Positions 48,846 to 63,293 of a DNA stretch of 64,000 bases are shown piece by piece. The notes below the pieces were generated by a model. That model saw only the letters and a list, made by a program, of their open reading frames with translations. It did no database searches and was not told the origin of the DNA. The stretch spans positions 3,658,001 to 3,722,000 of the forward strand of contig JANJGN010000036.1 of assembly GCA_026770705.1 (NCBI GenBank), written 5' to 3'. Numbering within the stretch: the stretch's first letter is position 1; every line of letters starts with the position of its first letter. The translations under genes and the position numbers were made by a program. The DNA is from Isurus oxyrinchus. Its lineage: Eukaryota.

Positions 48846-51800
48846 GGGATCTCCCTCCATTTTGAATATGGAGAAGGAGCTCCCTCCATTTAAATGTTGG
48901 AGAAGGGATCTCTCTCCATTTTTAAGATGGAGGAGGGATCTCCCTCGATTTAAAAGATGGAGAAGATATCTGCCTCCATTTTAAATATTGAGGATCGTTT
49001 TCGCTCCATTTCGTCAGTTCTCTCTCTCCCTGCGGCTTTTGCCTTTTCCCGACTGTCTCTCTGATTCTCTCTGTCTCCCATTGTCTATTTCGGACACTCA
49101 CTCCCCTCTCTCTGTCTCTCTCCCTCACCACATCCATTTTTCTTTCACTCAATTGCCTCTCTCTATCTCTTTCTCTTGCCCTCTCTCTATTTCGCTCAAA
49201 CCCCATCTCCCTGTCACTATGTTCCTCTCTCTCTCTCGCCTCATCTCTCTGCCTCTCACCCTCTCTCTGTCTCTGCCTCTCACTCTATCTCTCTGTCACT
49301 CTCTGACCTTCTGTCTATTCTGCCTCTTACAGACACCAATTCCCTCGCTCTCTCTCACACACACACACACAAACACACTCACACGCGCACACACAGACTC
49401 ACAAAGATATTTTCTCCCTCTCGCACACATACACACACATTCTCTGTTTCACACACCCACACAGATGTTCTCTCTCATGCATAGGCACACACACACACAG
49501 TTATATTCTCTCTCTCTCACACAAACAAACCCAAACAGATATTTTCTCTCTCATGCATAGAAACACACACACATACAAGTTTACGTTATATCTCTGACAC
49601 ATAAGTTTTCTCTCTTTCCTCCACACACACGCACTCACAAACTTGCACAAATATATTCTCTAAAACAAGCAGACAGACACACATTCACATACCCTCACAC
49701 ACACATTCTCTTTCTCTCACGCACACATACAAGCTCGCACAGATATACTCTTTCAAAAACGCAGACACATAAACAAACACACACACACATGCACAGTCAC
49801 ACTCACAAATATATTCAGAAATAGTGATCAGAAAAGGGTCATAGATACAATCATAGAATAGTCCAGCACTGGAAGAGGCTATATTCGGCTCATCCAGACG
49901 TGCTGGCTCTTTGGATGAGGAATCCAGTTAGTCTCACTGCCACAATCTTTCCCCCTTAATCCAGCATTTTATTCTCATTCAATGATTTATCCGCTTCTCC
50001 TTTTGAAGGATCCCATTGAATTATTAGCAAACTCCCCAGCAGACAATGCATTATATATTTGTGTTCTGAGGTATTTGGATGACCTTGTACAGAAATCAGA
50101 CAGAAAGTTAACATACAGGAGGAAGGTAAATGTAGTGTTGGCCTTTATTGCAAAGGGTTTGGAGTACAAGAGTAAGGAAGTCTTGCTGTAAGTGTTTTGC
50201 TGAGACCACGCCTGGAATATTGAGGAGGGTTAACAGTTAATTGACATATGTGAATTATTTTCTTATGCATGTGTGTCTGTCTGCTTGGATATTTCAATGT
50301 TGGATTCATACAGCATAATTTGCAGTCGAGATTGTCTGATCTGATGCTGCAAATTTTGTTATACTCAATAATCAATGCTCCCTGGTTATTGACCTCTCTT
50401 TGTCTCTCTCTCTCTCTCTGTGAATCTGTAAAAAAGAAAATTCACCAACATCAGTCAGCCATTTTAAGTTTCTTCATCATGGCTATTTTCTCCTCAAATC
50501 CAAGTCTCATCGGAGCAAGATTTACTCTTGTGCACCAAATATTTGGCAATATAAACCAATTGCAATTGTTATAAAATAAGATCACAGATAACCAGTGATC
50601 TCATTGAGTGCCAGAACAGGGTTGAGTAATTAAAAGTGCTCTGAACAATATCCTTCTTTCACTCTCTGTCCTCTCGCCGCCCCCCCACCCCCCCCCCCCC
50701 CCCCCCCCCCCCCACCTCTCGATCAGTGTCTCTCTCTTTTTGACACTTGCTCAGCCTGTGACTTCCCTTAGTCTCTCCCCTTCTTCTCTCGGAGAATCTG
50801 TAAAATATCCACGAATGTCAATCAGCGATTTTAGGTTTGTTTGCAGTGGCCATTTTATATGAGCACAGCACTGATACACTAATGACAGATTTGTCTCCTC
50901 ACTAAGGTATCATTAGTACTTTAAAAATGACAGGGACAAAGCTATGCAGACACAAACGGCGATTGTATTCCCTGGGTGCAAATTGAGCAAAGTTTTCAGG
51001 AACTTAATGGAAACTGAGGTAGACAGAGAGAAATGCTTTCTGGTTGTGGAGCTTAAGACTAGGATCATAATCTAAAGATTTAGCAATAGTCTGAAACCCT
51101 TTCAAGAGTGAATTGAAGAAACACTTCTTCACACAACAGGATATAGACGTTCTGTAAATGGCCCCTCCCTATCTCCTCTTGTCCCAAAATCCTCCAATAT
51201 CAGTTTTCGATTAATTCCTGCTCTCTGAATTCTCAGACCAGAAAATTAGCTGGAACCTTTCTTTCCTGAAATCTGTGTTTGTTGTTTGTTTCCACTCTGC
51301 CCCATCTCTCTTTCTAGGCCTCTAAGTCGTTCTGTGTCTCGCTGCCATAAGAATGTAAGAATCTATAATTAAGAGCAAGAGGAGCCCATCCGACCCCCTC
51401 CCCCTCCTTCCATCATTCCCTATTGAGCCTTTGGTGTGCTGCCTCTGGGTAGTTCACATCAGGATGCATACAACACACATGGCAAAGTCTTTTATACGAT
51501 GGGAAGCAACCAACACTGTTTCACTCAGTACACATGCTACATTCATGATGCAATGTTATAATATTGAGTCAGACAACTGTCATCACACAGGAGCTAAATT
51601 TCACTGGGTCAACGTTCTCACCAAACACTAAAATTTCCCACTAAGTAGGGCTCACAAAACCAACACGATTCTCCTTGTTTGATTCTGCCTGGACTTTTCT
51701 GATTCTCTAGTTGATTCCTGGTGCTAATCCTCCACATGAGCAGTCGCCCTAATCCCGTGTACCTGTCCTGCTCCCAAACACGGCATCCGATTACAATAAG

Positions 51801-53879
51801 GCAAGTGGTACAGGACCGTTTGATTGACTGAGACAGATGAGTATCGATCCTGATCCAGGTGTGTACGTGACAAGGCTTAATTCCAGAGACAATAGAAACT
51901 GGGCTCCACTCTGCACATAAACCATGCTGTACCTTCACTCAGTGTAGGATGGGATGGTGCAGATGTGGAGAAGTTAATCCTTCAAGATCATATCAAAGTG
52001 TGTTTGAAATGTGCTGAGGGTTCCAGCCTTTCCCACCCTTTCAGGCAGTCAGTCGCTGATCCCCACCAGCCGATGGGTGAAAATATTACTCCTCTGTTCC
52101 AATTAAACCTTTCACATTCAATCGATGCTCCCTAGTTATTGACCTCTCCGCTCAGGAAGGAAGGATCCTCCCTATCCACACTCTGTTGGCCCCTCATCAT
52201 TTCATATCCTCAATTCTTTGGTAGCCGGGTTTCAGGAGGACTGGAATTGGGAGAGAATCCTGACCTCAGCATCACAACCTGTCCTAACCTTGTACACCCT
52301 CGAGCAAACCTCCCCTCAATGGGGTCAAACCCAGTTTCTCCAAACTCAGCATGGAGCTAAAATCCCTCATTTCTGCCGATTTATCCACTCTCAAATATTC
52401 TAAAGATCTCGGTACTTCCCCTCTCAGTCTGGTTATTTCACACAGTATTTCTCACTCCTGCTCCTTATCCACAATGTCTGCATCGCTTCACTGCCCTTTG
52501 CAAACACAGACACAGGGCATTGGATTTCAGAGCTTTACACTTTTACAAGCGAAATTTTGAACATTTCTAAACACAAAAGATGGTAGAAGTTTGGAAGTGA
52601 CTTCCCTAAATGCTGCATCCTATTCAGTCCCAAGTAGTTAAGGGAACAATGGACAAAGTTGCCCAAGTGTTAAGGGGAACTAATGGGGTATTATTTCGGA
52701 AGTGTCTTCCCCAGACAGCAATTGATGCTGAGTCACTGGCTGATTTTTAAATCTAAGGTTGACCTTATCTTCACATGCCTGTCACCAAATCAATACTAAA
52801 ATACAAATATTTCACAGCTGGACTCACACAACACAGACAGCAATGTATGTTACACTTTGGAAATGCTGCAAATGTTGTTGAAAATCATTGCCTTTTCTGT
52901 AAGAACCATTTTGAAATGTCTGTAATGTTTCTTTTATTGTATTGAAGCATCTCAGAGTGGTACCTGATTTAAGTAGAAAAACTGAATATCATTGCACTTC
53001 CTGAAATGTTTTGTAATCTTCTCTCAAATATTTTATGAATAAAGAATAATTTTGCAAAATAAGTGTCTATGTGAGTGTTTCTGAGATTCAATGTATGCAT
53101 TTGTGATTTAAGATGATATTTAGAATGCTTGCTGACATAACACAAAGCTACAAACAGCGGACAGTGGATGTTGAGGGTCCATACATTTTCGCGCGGGGCA
53201 ACTTTACTCAAATGATACCAGGAAGGGGTAAATTACAAAGTGGGATTACACAAGGTCGGAATATATTCCCTGGAATTTAGAAAGATCAGGGGTGATTTCA
53301 TCCTGCACTTCAACACACTTGGGTCGGAGAAGTTTAGAACTGTATTCCACAAGTGATAATTGATACTCAGACAATTGTTAATTTTTAAATATAATATTGA
53401 ACTAAATTTATTCTGTCACTCTCTGTCCCCTGGTGTGTGTGTGTGTTTGTGTTTCAATCCACCCTCTCTGAAACTCTGTAAATCTCCACATACATCGATC
53501 AGACTTTTTGTGTTTGTTTTTGGTGGCCATTTTCTCCCTAAAGCTCTGTATATTCACAGCAAATCAGAACGTTTCGAGCCCAGGGTGAGAACAGTAAAGG
53601 TGTGCGTGTGGGTGATTATGAGAGTGTCCAGCAGAGGGTAGATTGGTCAAGGTAAGTGTGTGATTCTGATGGTGAAGGTGAGTGGGGTAAACCAGCGCTC
53701 CACTGTAGGTTGATATAATATCTCTGCGTTTAAAACTTTTTATGCGTGGGGAAACATGCACCAGTGCCCCCATTGTTGTGTCCGGTCCTTGTTAAACTGA
53801 TTAATATCAACCTGTACCACCCTCCCCCTGCAGGCGGCAATCCAGTAACTTAGTTGTTCGGGCAGCCTTGTGGGCTCAT

Positions 53880-54300
53880 TTTCCCACAATCTCCCGCGCC
53901 GGGAAACGTCCTCCATCCATGACACGGGCCGCGCTGCACTCTGGGAGGGAGAGCCCAGCGCACATGCGCAGCTCCGCTCCCCACTGCACCAACTGCTTTT
54001 AATTTATTATTAATAATATTTATTTATTTTTGTTAACAATAATAATAATCACATACCCGCTGGCTCAGAATACCAGTTCCCGGCTCATCGTGAAGAGTCG
54101 CTTCTTCCATTTCGCTTTATTATTTAAACCGGAAGGATCCGTCGGTGACGTCATGCCAACATGGCGAAAAAAGTTCCGCCCTTCAGCAGTTGGACAAAGA
54201 GCAGCGGCAGGGCCGCGGTGTGGGCAAGAGGTGGAACAGTAGGTCTTGAGGAGAGTGAGACCGCCCCCTAGCGGAGTGGAAACAACGGCAGAAACTGTCA
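53880..54300. promoter_or_regulatory. Small CpG-rich promoter-like module
   Basis: ZNF143/SBS-like ttcccacaat (53881) and ccgcgctgcactctgggag (53929-53947); NRF1-like gcgcacatgcgca (53958-53970); ETS ccggaag (54129); CRE TGACGTCA (54146-54153); YY1-like caacATGGCG (54157-54166). Confidence 0.55.
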
Positions 54301-54714
54301 CTGCAAAGGCTCCAGTTCAGTTGTTAGAGGCTCTGGGAACCTCTTCAAATATAAACTTCAGCTTCTAAATCCACCACCAACAAGAACCATTCCCTCTGCA
54401 GAGCAGCTTTACTCTCCATTCCCAGCCTGTATTCCACATTGTTCGCAGCAACTGTGCTTCCAGATACTTTACACCCTGAGATATTTACAGCAAAAGCTAG
54501 TCCTGGGTCACATTTAATAATTGTTTTGGGGTCAGACATCAGTCACATCATCAATTACACTACCAACCTGGGCTATGGGGATATATTTGTATCGTCTCAT
54601 TTCACAATAAAAAACACCGAGATTTTCAACTCTGCTTATGTTATTCTTCTAATAACTTAGCTGATTGACGCGACTGAGATTGACATTAACCCTCCCTGCT
54701 TTCTGTCTGTCTGT

Positions 54715-55185
54715 GTATGTATGTGTGTGTGTGTGTGTGAGGGTGTGCGGGTGTGTTTGCGTGAATGTGCCTGTGGGTGTGAGGGTATGGGTTTGTATGA
54801 GTGTATGCATGAATGTGTTTATGACTGTGTGTACCAGTGTGTGTCTGCGTATCTGATTGTGGATGAGTGTGTCTGTGTATGCGACTGTAAGTGTGCAAGT
54901 GAGTGTGTGTCTCTGTGAGAGACTATGTGTTTCTTTAAACATGTGGGTGACTGTGTTTTGTGTGTGTGTGTCGTTGTATGCAAGTGCATGTGTGCTTGTC
55001 TGTGTGTGTCTGCGAGACTGAGTGTGTGTGTATGAATATGGCTGAGTGTGTGTGAGGTTGTCTGTGTATGTGAGTGTATGTGTGCGAGTGAGTGTGTGTG
55101 TGTGAATGTGTACTTATGATTGTGGGTGAGAGTGAATATGTGCCCGGCTATGCGAGTGTGTGTGTGATTGAGTGTATCTGTGTGA
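54715..55185. repeat. TG-rich low-complexity tract
   Basis: Composition. Confidence 0.9.
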
Positions 55186-56680
55186 GATTGATATTATAAA
55201 GCAGCAGCACATGCCGACTTTGGAACAGAATCGCTTTACCCACCCTGTGCCCTTTTTCTGTCAACAGTATGCAGAAATAACTAAGATATCATTCGGCCTC
55301 TGTGTGGCTATTGTGGTTTGAGGAAGAGTCACCAGTTTCACCAGAGTCAACACTGCTTTATAAAAGTTAAAGTTTCTTTGTTGGAGCCTTTTTGATGTTT
55401 GTGGCTGGCAGGGTAAATAAGGGGCAAGAGTGGAGTTATTGCATTTGGATTCCAACTCAGCTGGGCTCTCTCTGTGTCACAGAAAACTACAGGGGTGCAG
55501 ACCAAGAGATGTAAAATTGGAAAAGATTGCAGAGCTCTTCACTTCAGGTCCAGCACAGACACAATGTGAATAAAGGCTGCAAGGAAGTGAACATAAATTC
55601 TCTCCCATATATTCTTTGTGTTTTCAATGATTTTTTTTCCTAGGGCAAATAATCTGTTTGATAAATTGAGAAAACTATCTTGAAAACATAATTAACAAAA
55701 ACCTTTAGCAAAATCCAATGTGACGGGTTAAAGATTGACAATGTATTGTAGAGGAGTTACAGAGTACAGCAAAATTATCTCTCCCATTCTGAATGGAATT
55801 ACAGTCTGACAACTGAACCAAACGTGCACATTGCAGACTGAAATAATCCCCAACTACCATCGCTAGACAATATTTCCAATGGGGAATGAGCAGAGAGCTC
55901 ATGCACAGGGTCAGGTGGTAAAAGGGGCGAACACACCACCCGAGCGAACTGTGCACCCGGATTCAAACTTCAATCCCTTACACTATTGGTCAATATTCAC
56001 TCTTCATCAGTCTGTTTCCAGATGCAGCCTTGCAGGAGCTGAACTTCTCTGAGACTGCCAAAGAAAAGCACCTGTAGTGGCGGTGAGCTGCCAGCAGAGG
56101 GTGGGCTTGTATCACTTTAATCACAAGGCAGTGAAACTGGTTTGAGAAGAGGCCTTTTAAAATTCATTCCTTCATCAAACGATAACAAGAGTCAAAACAC
56201 TGACAAACGATGCGAGTCCAGGCTGTATCACTGCCTGTTCAGAGAAAGATAGAAATCACAATCAAAACACCTGGTACCCTGTAGAATGCACAATAAACAC
56301 CGTGCATAAGGGGATGAAACTGTTCAAAAATCTCTCATGTGTCACAATCCGAGGCCTCGTTTCAGTTTGACATCCCGATTGCTATAAATGTGTGAGCAAA
56401 CTTCTCAGCGTAAAACAATTAATAAATCTATCAGTGAACCGCTGGCTCCAGCGCTCTGAGCCACATCCCAACTCTTCCTATTTTGGGTTCTAATTGGGGC
56501 ATCTTGGTGAAAGTGACACCGAGCTCACTGCGCGCAGTGGGAGCATTGACCAAATAAAAATAACTGGACAGAATCTCAACACAATGACATCCCTGCAGCT
56601 GGGAAACAATTGGAGAATTCTCCAAACAAACTAGCTAACAAGAGTCTAAAGATTTATTCTCCATTTATATTGCATGTCGG

Positions 56681-59271
56681 TTATATTGTATAATGTGACA
56701 TGGAAAGGGTCGGTTTTCCTCTGTACGGAGCTCTGTTTTTATTCTTAACAAATTTAACAATCACCAGGATCGGATATATCAACACGCTCTTGAACTGCTT
56801 TCTGAACCTGCTCTGGGTCACTGCATAAGTGAAGGTATTTGTGCAGGAACTTAAATTCAGCAGTATAAACCCGATACGCTCAAAAGAGTAATCTAAGAGA
56901 GTTGTTCCTGCAATGTTATAATATAAGAATTCTGCAACATATGGCAGCCACATGAGAATGAAGCTGCCTGAATTTGTGAAGAGTAAAATAACGGTCTTCC
57001 TTCTGCTCTCCATGTTAGGGACACTGCGGCTCTCTCCCTTGTTCTGACCCCTCAGAGCCTTACGGACTCTGCTGGCTACTAATATGTGTCTGACTGTCAG
57101 TGTATTAAGCAGTAATATTAGAACACATGGGAGCAATGGTGTTAAAAATGTATCAAACCAGTCGAAAGCCAACCAACCAAGCTCAATAAAAAAGTTTGGC
57201 TTAACAGAACAAAACCAGGGTGTATTGTCAATTATCTCCAGAGGTTCATATATAAAATATCAAGCAGCGCTTTTCAAACTCAGAATGCACGTCATTGCTA
57301 TAATTATAGACGCAGTTTTCTTTGTGTAATATTTTGTTCACTCTTTTTGACAACAGATGGCGATGAAGCGATCAAACGAGAAACTAATGGTTAACCAAAC
57401 TGAGCTGTCGCTCGATGCATGAGTCAGAACAGCGATAGCGCTGCGCACAGGGGTAAGGGAGAGTAAAGACCCAGGGTATAATTGATAACCTATCCGAAAT
57501 AATATGATTTTATTGATAATAACTAGTAGATCCGTCACCACCATTGCCAGCATGTAGCTAGTGATACATTTGGAAAGACCACACTCTCCCCGGGTCAGTG
57601 TCAGCATCGCAATGAAGATAACTGTAAAAGAGAATGAGAGAGAAGTTGGGGGAGGAGAGAGAAATACAACAGGAAGTTGACGATACATCTCAACAGCGAA
57701 TTCTAAACAGCTCATTCTAAAAATATTGCGTTTGAGTTTGGGGAGATTTCAGTCTTTCCATCCAAGTTTATGAAAGCACACTGAAGTAGATCATTCAGAA
57801 GGGTTAGACACAAAACTCTGAGTCTCTCAGATTTCTGTTTCATTCTCAATTACTGGCTGGTCTCTTCAACCTAAGACCACGCCTCAATCTAATTCTTCAA
57901 ACTAATGAACGTGGAGATTGCACAGATAATTGCAGAATGTAGTGAAATGCATGTAAATGCATTATGTTGCATTTTAGTAAGAAACCGTTGAAGTAATGTT
58001 GTTAGTATCATGGAGAACAAAAGTGGTCCATGATCACTTTAGAAATGATTCACTAACTTTGGAGGTCCATGTTCATAAGTACATTACATGGATAAAGAGC
58101 AGCGTCTGGAATGATATCTCTGGAAAGATACAATTGAAAAGAGGGGAATATATGTTAAAGCTGCTGACGAATCTTGGTTAGACGACATACGGAGTGCTGC
58201 TTGCATATGTGTGCTTTGGAGAAGCAGCAAAAATGATTTATAAGGAAATGAATGATTATTTCTATCGTGAAGGAATTAACCGACTGCTTTCCTTTCTCGA
58301 ATATAAGCGGCTCGAGATGACCTAACCAAAGCATTCAGTTGGAGAAACTATGATTGTTTCAGTGAAGAAAGTCTATTGAGGAAAGCTTTCTTGGAGATTG
58401 ACAAAATTGCCTTAGGAATAGACACGTGAGGCAATGGGAATTCAGCCCCTATTGACTGAGGTACAAAGATTACTTCATGCTGTGAGTGGTAATGACCTGG
58501 AACTCACATTCCAAGGATGGTGGCAGCGGAGAGAATGAATTATTACAAAAGGACATTCACTGAGGCAAATAATCTGACAGGCAAACACCGGAGTCAGGGT
58601 TTTACATGCGTTACTCTAATATAACGGGTATGCTCTCCATGGTCGAATGACCTTCCTCCGTGTTTTAATAATTCTATGGGTCTATGACTCCGGACGCCTG
58701 GACCTGTGTCAGATACGCATATAATGAAATAAGATTTCATCCGGGGTATAACTCATAAACACACTGAATGCCCAATTGAACTCAATACCATGATTTGGGA
58801 GAGATTCCTGATCTCGGCCTCGTAACACTGAGGCCGTCTGATTTTCAATTAACTGTCGCTAGAAGCATATTTGTGAAGAATTCTTTCAGAACTGCTGCGT
58901 TGCTCCATATGAAACCCCTGATTGGAATATTAGCCCCTCATGGTCAGATAATAGTTCCTCTGCCAGGAATTTGTTTCCAGTGCATCGAGGCTAGTCCAGT
59001 TACATCATCAGAGTTGGGTTTGCAAAGACAATTTCAAATCTTATGGGGAGATTAAAAGAGCGAAGAAAAAGAGAGTTAATTTCGTTCATTTTGCACCAAC
59101 TGAACAGAGCAAAGAGCTGAGGGGGGAAAAATGAGGCGACAGAAATATTGCCACTTGCATCAGCACAATTATACATCATAACAGGTTAAATAAAAACTCA
59201 CCAGGAACTCCAACTGCTGCGAGAGAAGCATAGTAGATGTGCTCTATCGGAAGAATGGATGCATATCCAAT
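56681..59271 (-). pseudogene. GPR139/GPR142-like class A GPCR pseudogene (exon 1 59271-59202, exon 2 57621-56681)
   Basis: Exon 1 IGYASILPIEHIYYASLAAVGVP+G|GTGAGT, with ATT at the expected start ATG. Exon 2 acceptor cttttacag; V.FIAMLTL.RGECGLSKCITSYMLAMVVTDLLV...SVWLTISFSFDRFIAICCQK*...WFDTFLTPLLPCVLILLLN.LTVRHILVASRVRKALRG...MESRRKTVILLF...LNLSSCTNTFTYAVTQSRFR. In-frame TGA at 57338-57340 and 57260-57262. Confidence 0.88.
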
Positions 59272-59939
59272 GGTTGAGAAACACTGAAGCAGGTTGTGTT
59301 GAATCCACAGCTCCAGTGGGCGCGCCGAGATTCAGTATTTGAAGGAGACCTGATTTAAAGGCATCTTAAATCTGCTCTGGTCCGGCTAATCCCCAGATCA
59401 TTGCTATTAGATACACTCACATGAACAAACAACTTGCATCAGCAGCTTTGATTCCAATATGCAAATAATAATGTCGTGCAAAGCACAAACATCTCCATCT
59501 GCTGGTTGTTATTTTTAGAAACCATTTAGTTGGAATCGCGCTAAAAAACTAAGCCTGCAGAGTCGATCCAACAATAATTAGTCAATCGCAGTGGGCTTTC
59601 ATTCTGTGAAGCCCCTTCGCTCCTGCGGGCACCTTGTTAAATGTTAATGATCACTTCGCAAATTGTACATTGTGCCCAGGGATCTGTTCCACTGCTTCCA
59701 CGTGAAGATGCAACGTCTCAGACCCTGACCCGAGGTTTATTGAAGGCCTGGTCCATGAGGGTAGTCTAGAAATTCCTGCGATTGATGCCAGGAGGAGGAC
59801 AATGAACACACTCTGCTGACATTCCTCTCTCTGTCACATCCCTGCTGCTTCCACAATAGCTCAAATTTCCAGGAAGATTGGGACTGTGATACCACATGAC
59901 TGCATTCCTCGGGTTCACTCATTGCCAAAAGCATATCGC

Positions 59940-60720
59940 CCTTCTGCTCAGCGAATTTACCAACCATACCTTCAGCTCCTGCATTAAAGACATTTATATA
60001 AACTCGGAAATGTTCAGTCCACGGTGCTGATCGCTGTAGCAAACTGCTCGCTAGAACGTTCTAACCAGCAAATAAATACCTATTAATGGTTACCCTCTGT
60101 TTCCGGTTAGCCTGATAATCTGCTAGCCGTGCCCATATGTCACACCCTCAGGCATGATCTCTTAACTATCGCAATAACCTGTGATGTGGCAGCTTATCAA
60201 ATGCCTTCTGCCAATCTTAGTTCAGTATATTCACCAGATCCCCTTGATTCACAGCACATGCAACTCCTTCAAAGAACTCCATTAAATTGGTTAGACATCA
60301 TTTCCCTCTCAAACCCATGTTGACGGTGTCGAATTGCAATGAAATTTCCTCAGCGTCCTGCGATTGCATATTCAAAAATATATACCCACATTTTCCCAAT
60401 GACAAATGTTAAGCTACGTCGCCTGTACTTCCCAACTTCCTGTCTCCCTCCCTTTTTGAATAAATTCCTTGCATTTGCAGTTTTCCAATCTCATGACACC
60501 ATCCATTATTCCAGAGAATTTTGGAAAATTAAAACCAACCCATCAACTATCCGGCTAGCCACTTCTTTAAAGACCCTTGTTTGAACTCCATCAGGACCCG
60601 GAGATTTGTCAGGTCACAGGGCCAACAATTTGATAACTAAAACTTCGCTAGTGTTTGCAATATTCTTGAGTTCATCTCTCCCTCCCAAATCCTGATTTCC
60701 AGTTATTACTGGGATTTACT
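59940..60720 (-). mobile_element. Degenerate CR1 LINE RT fragment
   Basis: Reverse strand reads VGKFAE, gggtttgagagggaaatgatgtctaaccaatttaatggagttctttgaagg (GF...CLTNLMEFFE) and cgggtcctgatggagttc (PGPDG). Confidence 0.65.
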
Positions 60721-60739
60721 TATCGTGAGAAGTGATGCA

Positions 60740-62080
60740 AAATGTGGACATGGACTCCTTCAGTGTTTGCGGAGTTGCGAATGGTGCTGAACATTTTGTA
60801 ATCACCAGTGAACATCCCCCCTTTTGACCTTAGGCTGGAAGGAGGGTCACCAAAGAAGCAGCTGAAGATGTTTTAGCCTAGGACATTACCCTGAGTAACT
60901 CTTAAAATGATGTCCTGAAATTGAGATGATTAAACTACAACAACTACAGCCATCTTCCTTTATGTTAAGCATGGCTTCATTTAGCGGAGAGTTTTCCACC
61001 TGATTCCCATTAATTCCAGTTTTGCCGGGGCTCATTAATGCCACACTAGGTCAAATGCTACCTCAGTTTCAAAAGCAGTCACTCTCACCTCACCACTGGA
61101 GTTCAATTCTTCTGACCCTGTTTAAACCTAGGTTGTAGTAAGGTCAAAAGTTGAGTGACCATGGCGGAACACAAATTAAAAGTCAGTGAGCAGGGTATTG
61201 ATAAGCAGTGCCGCTTCATAGAACTGCTGATGACTCCATTGTATCGCTTTACTGATGATGGAGAGTACAATGATAGGGCGGTAATTGGCCGGTTGGATTT
61301 GAACTTTTATTTCATATACATGTCGTATCTGAGCAATGTTCCACATTGCCAGAGAATGATAGAGCCCAAAATGAGGCCATTCAGCCTATTGTGTCTGTGC
61401 TGCCTCTTTGGAAAAGTGCCACTGTCACGCGCCTCTGAGAATAGAAAACCCTCCTCACTCTCCTCTGAAATGAGACACCTCTCATTATGAAGCTGTGCCG
61501 GCAAATTCTAGATTGGCCCCGCAAGGAGCAGATCTGGTCGATCCCTCTCAGAATGGTATATGCTTCCGTTAGATCTGGTCCATCTCTCTCAGAATGCCTA
61601 ATGCTTCAATAAGATCACCTCTCATTCGTCTAAATCCGATATTTGTGGCTCCATCCGGCTCAAATTGTTCTGCAAAACACCCCTTCATCTCACTGAGCCT
61701 TCACAGAACTGCCTCCCATGTGAGTCGTACACATGCACCTACAAACACACACATACACACACACTCACATACAGAGTAGTACGCACACAGATAAATGCAA
61801 ATACATCAAAAAGGACAAAGGCAGCAGATGCATGGGAACACCACCACCTGCACTTCCCCTCCAAGTCACACACTGTCCTGAGCTGCAATGAGATCGCCGT
61901 TACTTCCCGGTCGTTGGATCAAAATCCTGAAACTCGCTTACAAACAGCACTGTGGGCGCACCTACATTACATGGACTGCAGTGGGTCAAGGAGATGGCAC
62001 ATCACCAGCTTCTCAAGAGGACTTAGGGATGGGCAACAAACACTGACCTGGCAAGGAACGTTGACACCCATTCAATAAAT
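60740..62080. mobile_element. Fragments of a second LINE family (minus-strand RT piece 60740-61350; plus-strand 3' end 61810-62078)
   Basis: Reverse strand gggatgttcactggtgattacaaaatgttcagcacc (degenerate GMFADD..MFST); 3' piece gcagcagatgcatgggaacaccaccacctgc also occurs at 44180-44200. Confidence 0.55.
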
Positions 62081-63250
62081 ACAACATGCATATACACACA
62101 GATACACTCTCACTTATGTACAAACAAGGGCAACAAGGCACACACATGAACACGGACATATACAGAGATATAACTGCATACTCAAATCTTGTATAACACT
62201 GCAAAATGTGGCTTCCTCTAACAAACAGAACCGGGAGGGATAACACTCTAGATCAGTGTCTGTTGAAGGAATTACTCCCTGACACTTACTTGACCGTTCT
62301 ATTATTAGATGTCAATGCGGTTTCCAATTAGAACGATAATGGGGACCGGATGCAAATAAAGGTGATGATTACAGAATAATGTCCTCTGTTAACGGGGAGA
62401 CATATCCCTTGCAATCTGGAGCTAAATGCAGAGAAAAGAGTCGAACAAGCATTGCTGGTTATAAATCTAAGAATGAGAGATAATTTCAATGAATCATATA
62501 AGATTCTGAGGGAACTTTGATAGGGTAGATGTTGAGAGACTGTTTGCCCTTGTGGTGAATCTGGAACTAGTGTCTACAGCTTCAGAAAGAGCGTTTTCTC
62601 AATTCCGACTGAGATGAGATGTTTCTCCTCTCAGACTGATTTTTGAATTGTCCTGCCCAGGGAGCAGTTGAAGCTGGGTCAGTGAACCAACTGAAATCTG
62701 AGTCAGACAGGGTTTTCATTGACAAGGTCGTCCTGAAATAAGAATTCGTGACTCGACAAACCTGGCGCCCGGCATCAAGTCAATGTGGGTAAATGGCTTG
62801 ATTTCTGGGTTAAAGCGACACTGGGAATCGGATCCCTTCCTCCACCCGCACCACCACCCACCCCGCCGCCCCCCAATCCCCCCCACCCCCACCGCTCCCC
62901 ACCCCCATCCGAGCGCCGGAAATGATAAATCGACGAGCGTTGTGCAAATTCGTCGCTTAATTTTGGACTCCAAACCCCGCCTCCCACACATGTTAAAATG
63001 CGAATTGTGACCTATTGCTGTTTGCAGGCAGGACCTGTGTGTGGGAGCTGAGCGACTAAAGAGGAAGCTCAGAGTCACCGTTTACCTCCTGCTGCATTTT
63101 CCATCCGCCTGTGTTTAAAAGGCAGCGCCTAATTTCCGCGGCTCCGCATTTCACTATTTCACCCGGTTCCCCGTCTGGATTGAGGTTCCCGACCCCCCAG
63201 AGGAATAAGGGACGAACTCACAACTTCAGCCACAGCCTCGGCCGCCGACA

Positions 63251-63293
63251 ATGAGCGTCATTACTCTCTGCGCCCTGCTTCACCTCTTCCCAG
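63251..63293 (+). CDS. Signal-peptide (leader) exon of an IgSF V-domain gene
   Basis: acaATG...MSVITLCALLHLFP+G|GTTAGA; phase 1; hydrophobic; CpG-rich surroundings; TTTAAAA ~135 bp upstream. Confidence 0.75.

Noticed and set aside
57260-57340. Selenocysteine or read-through at the two TGA codons of the GPCR
   Set aside because: Neither aligns to an expected Cys, the start codon is also lost, and I see no SECIS evidence; ordinary pseudogenisation is simpler.
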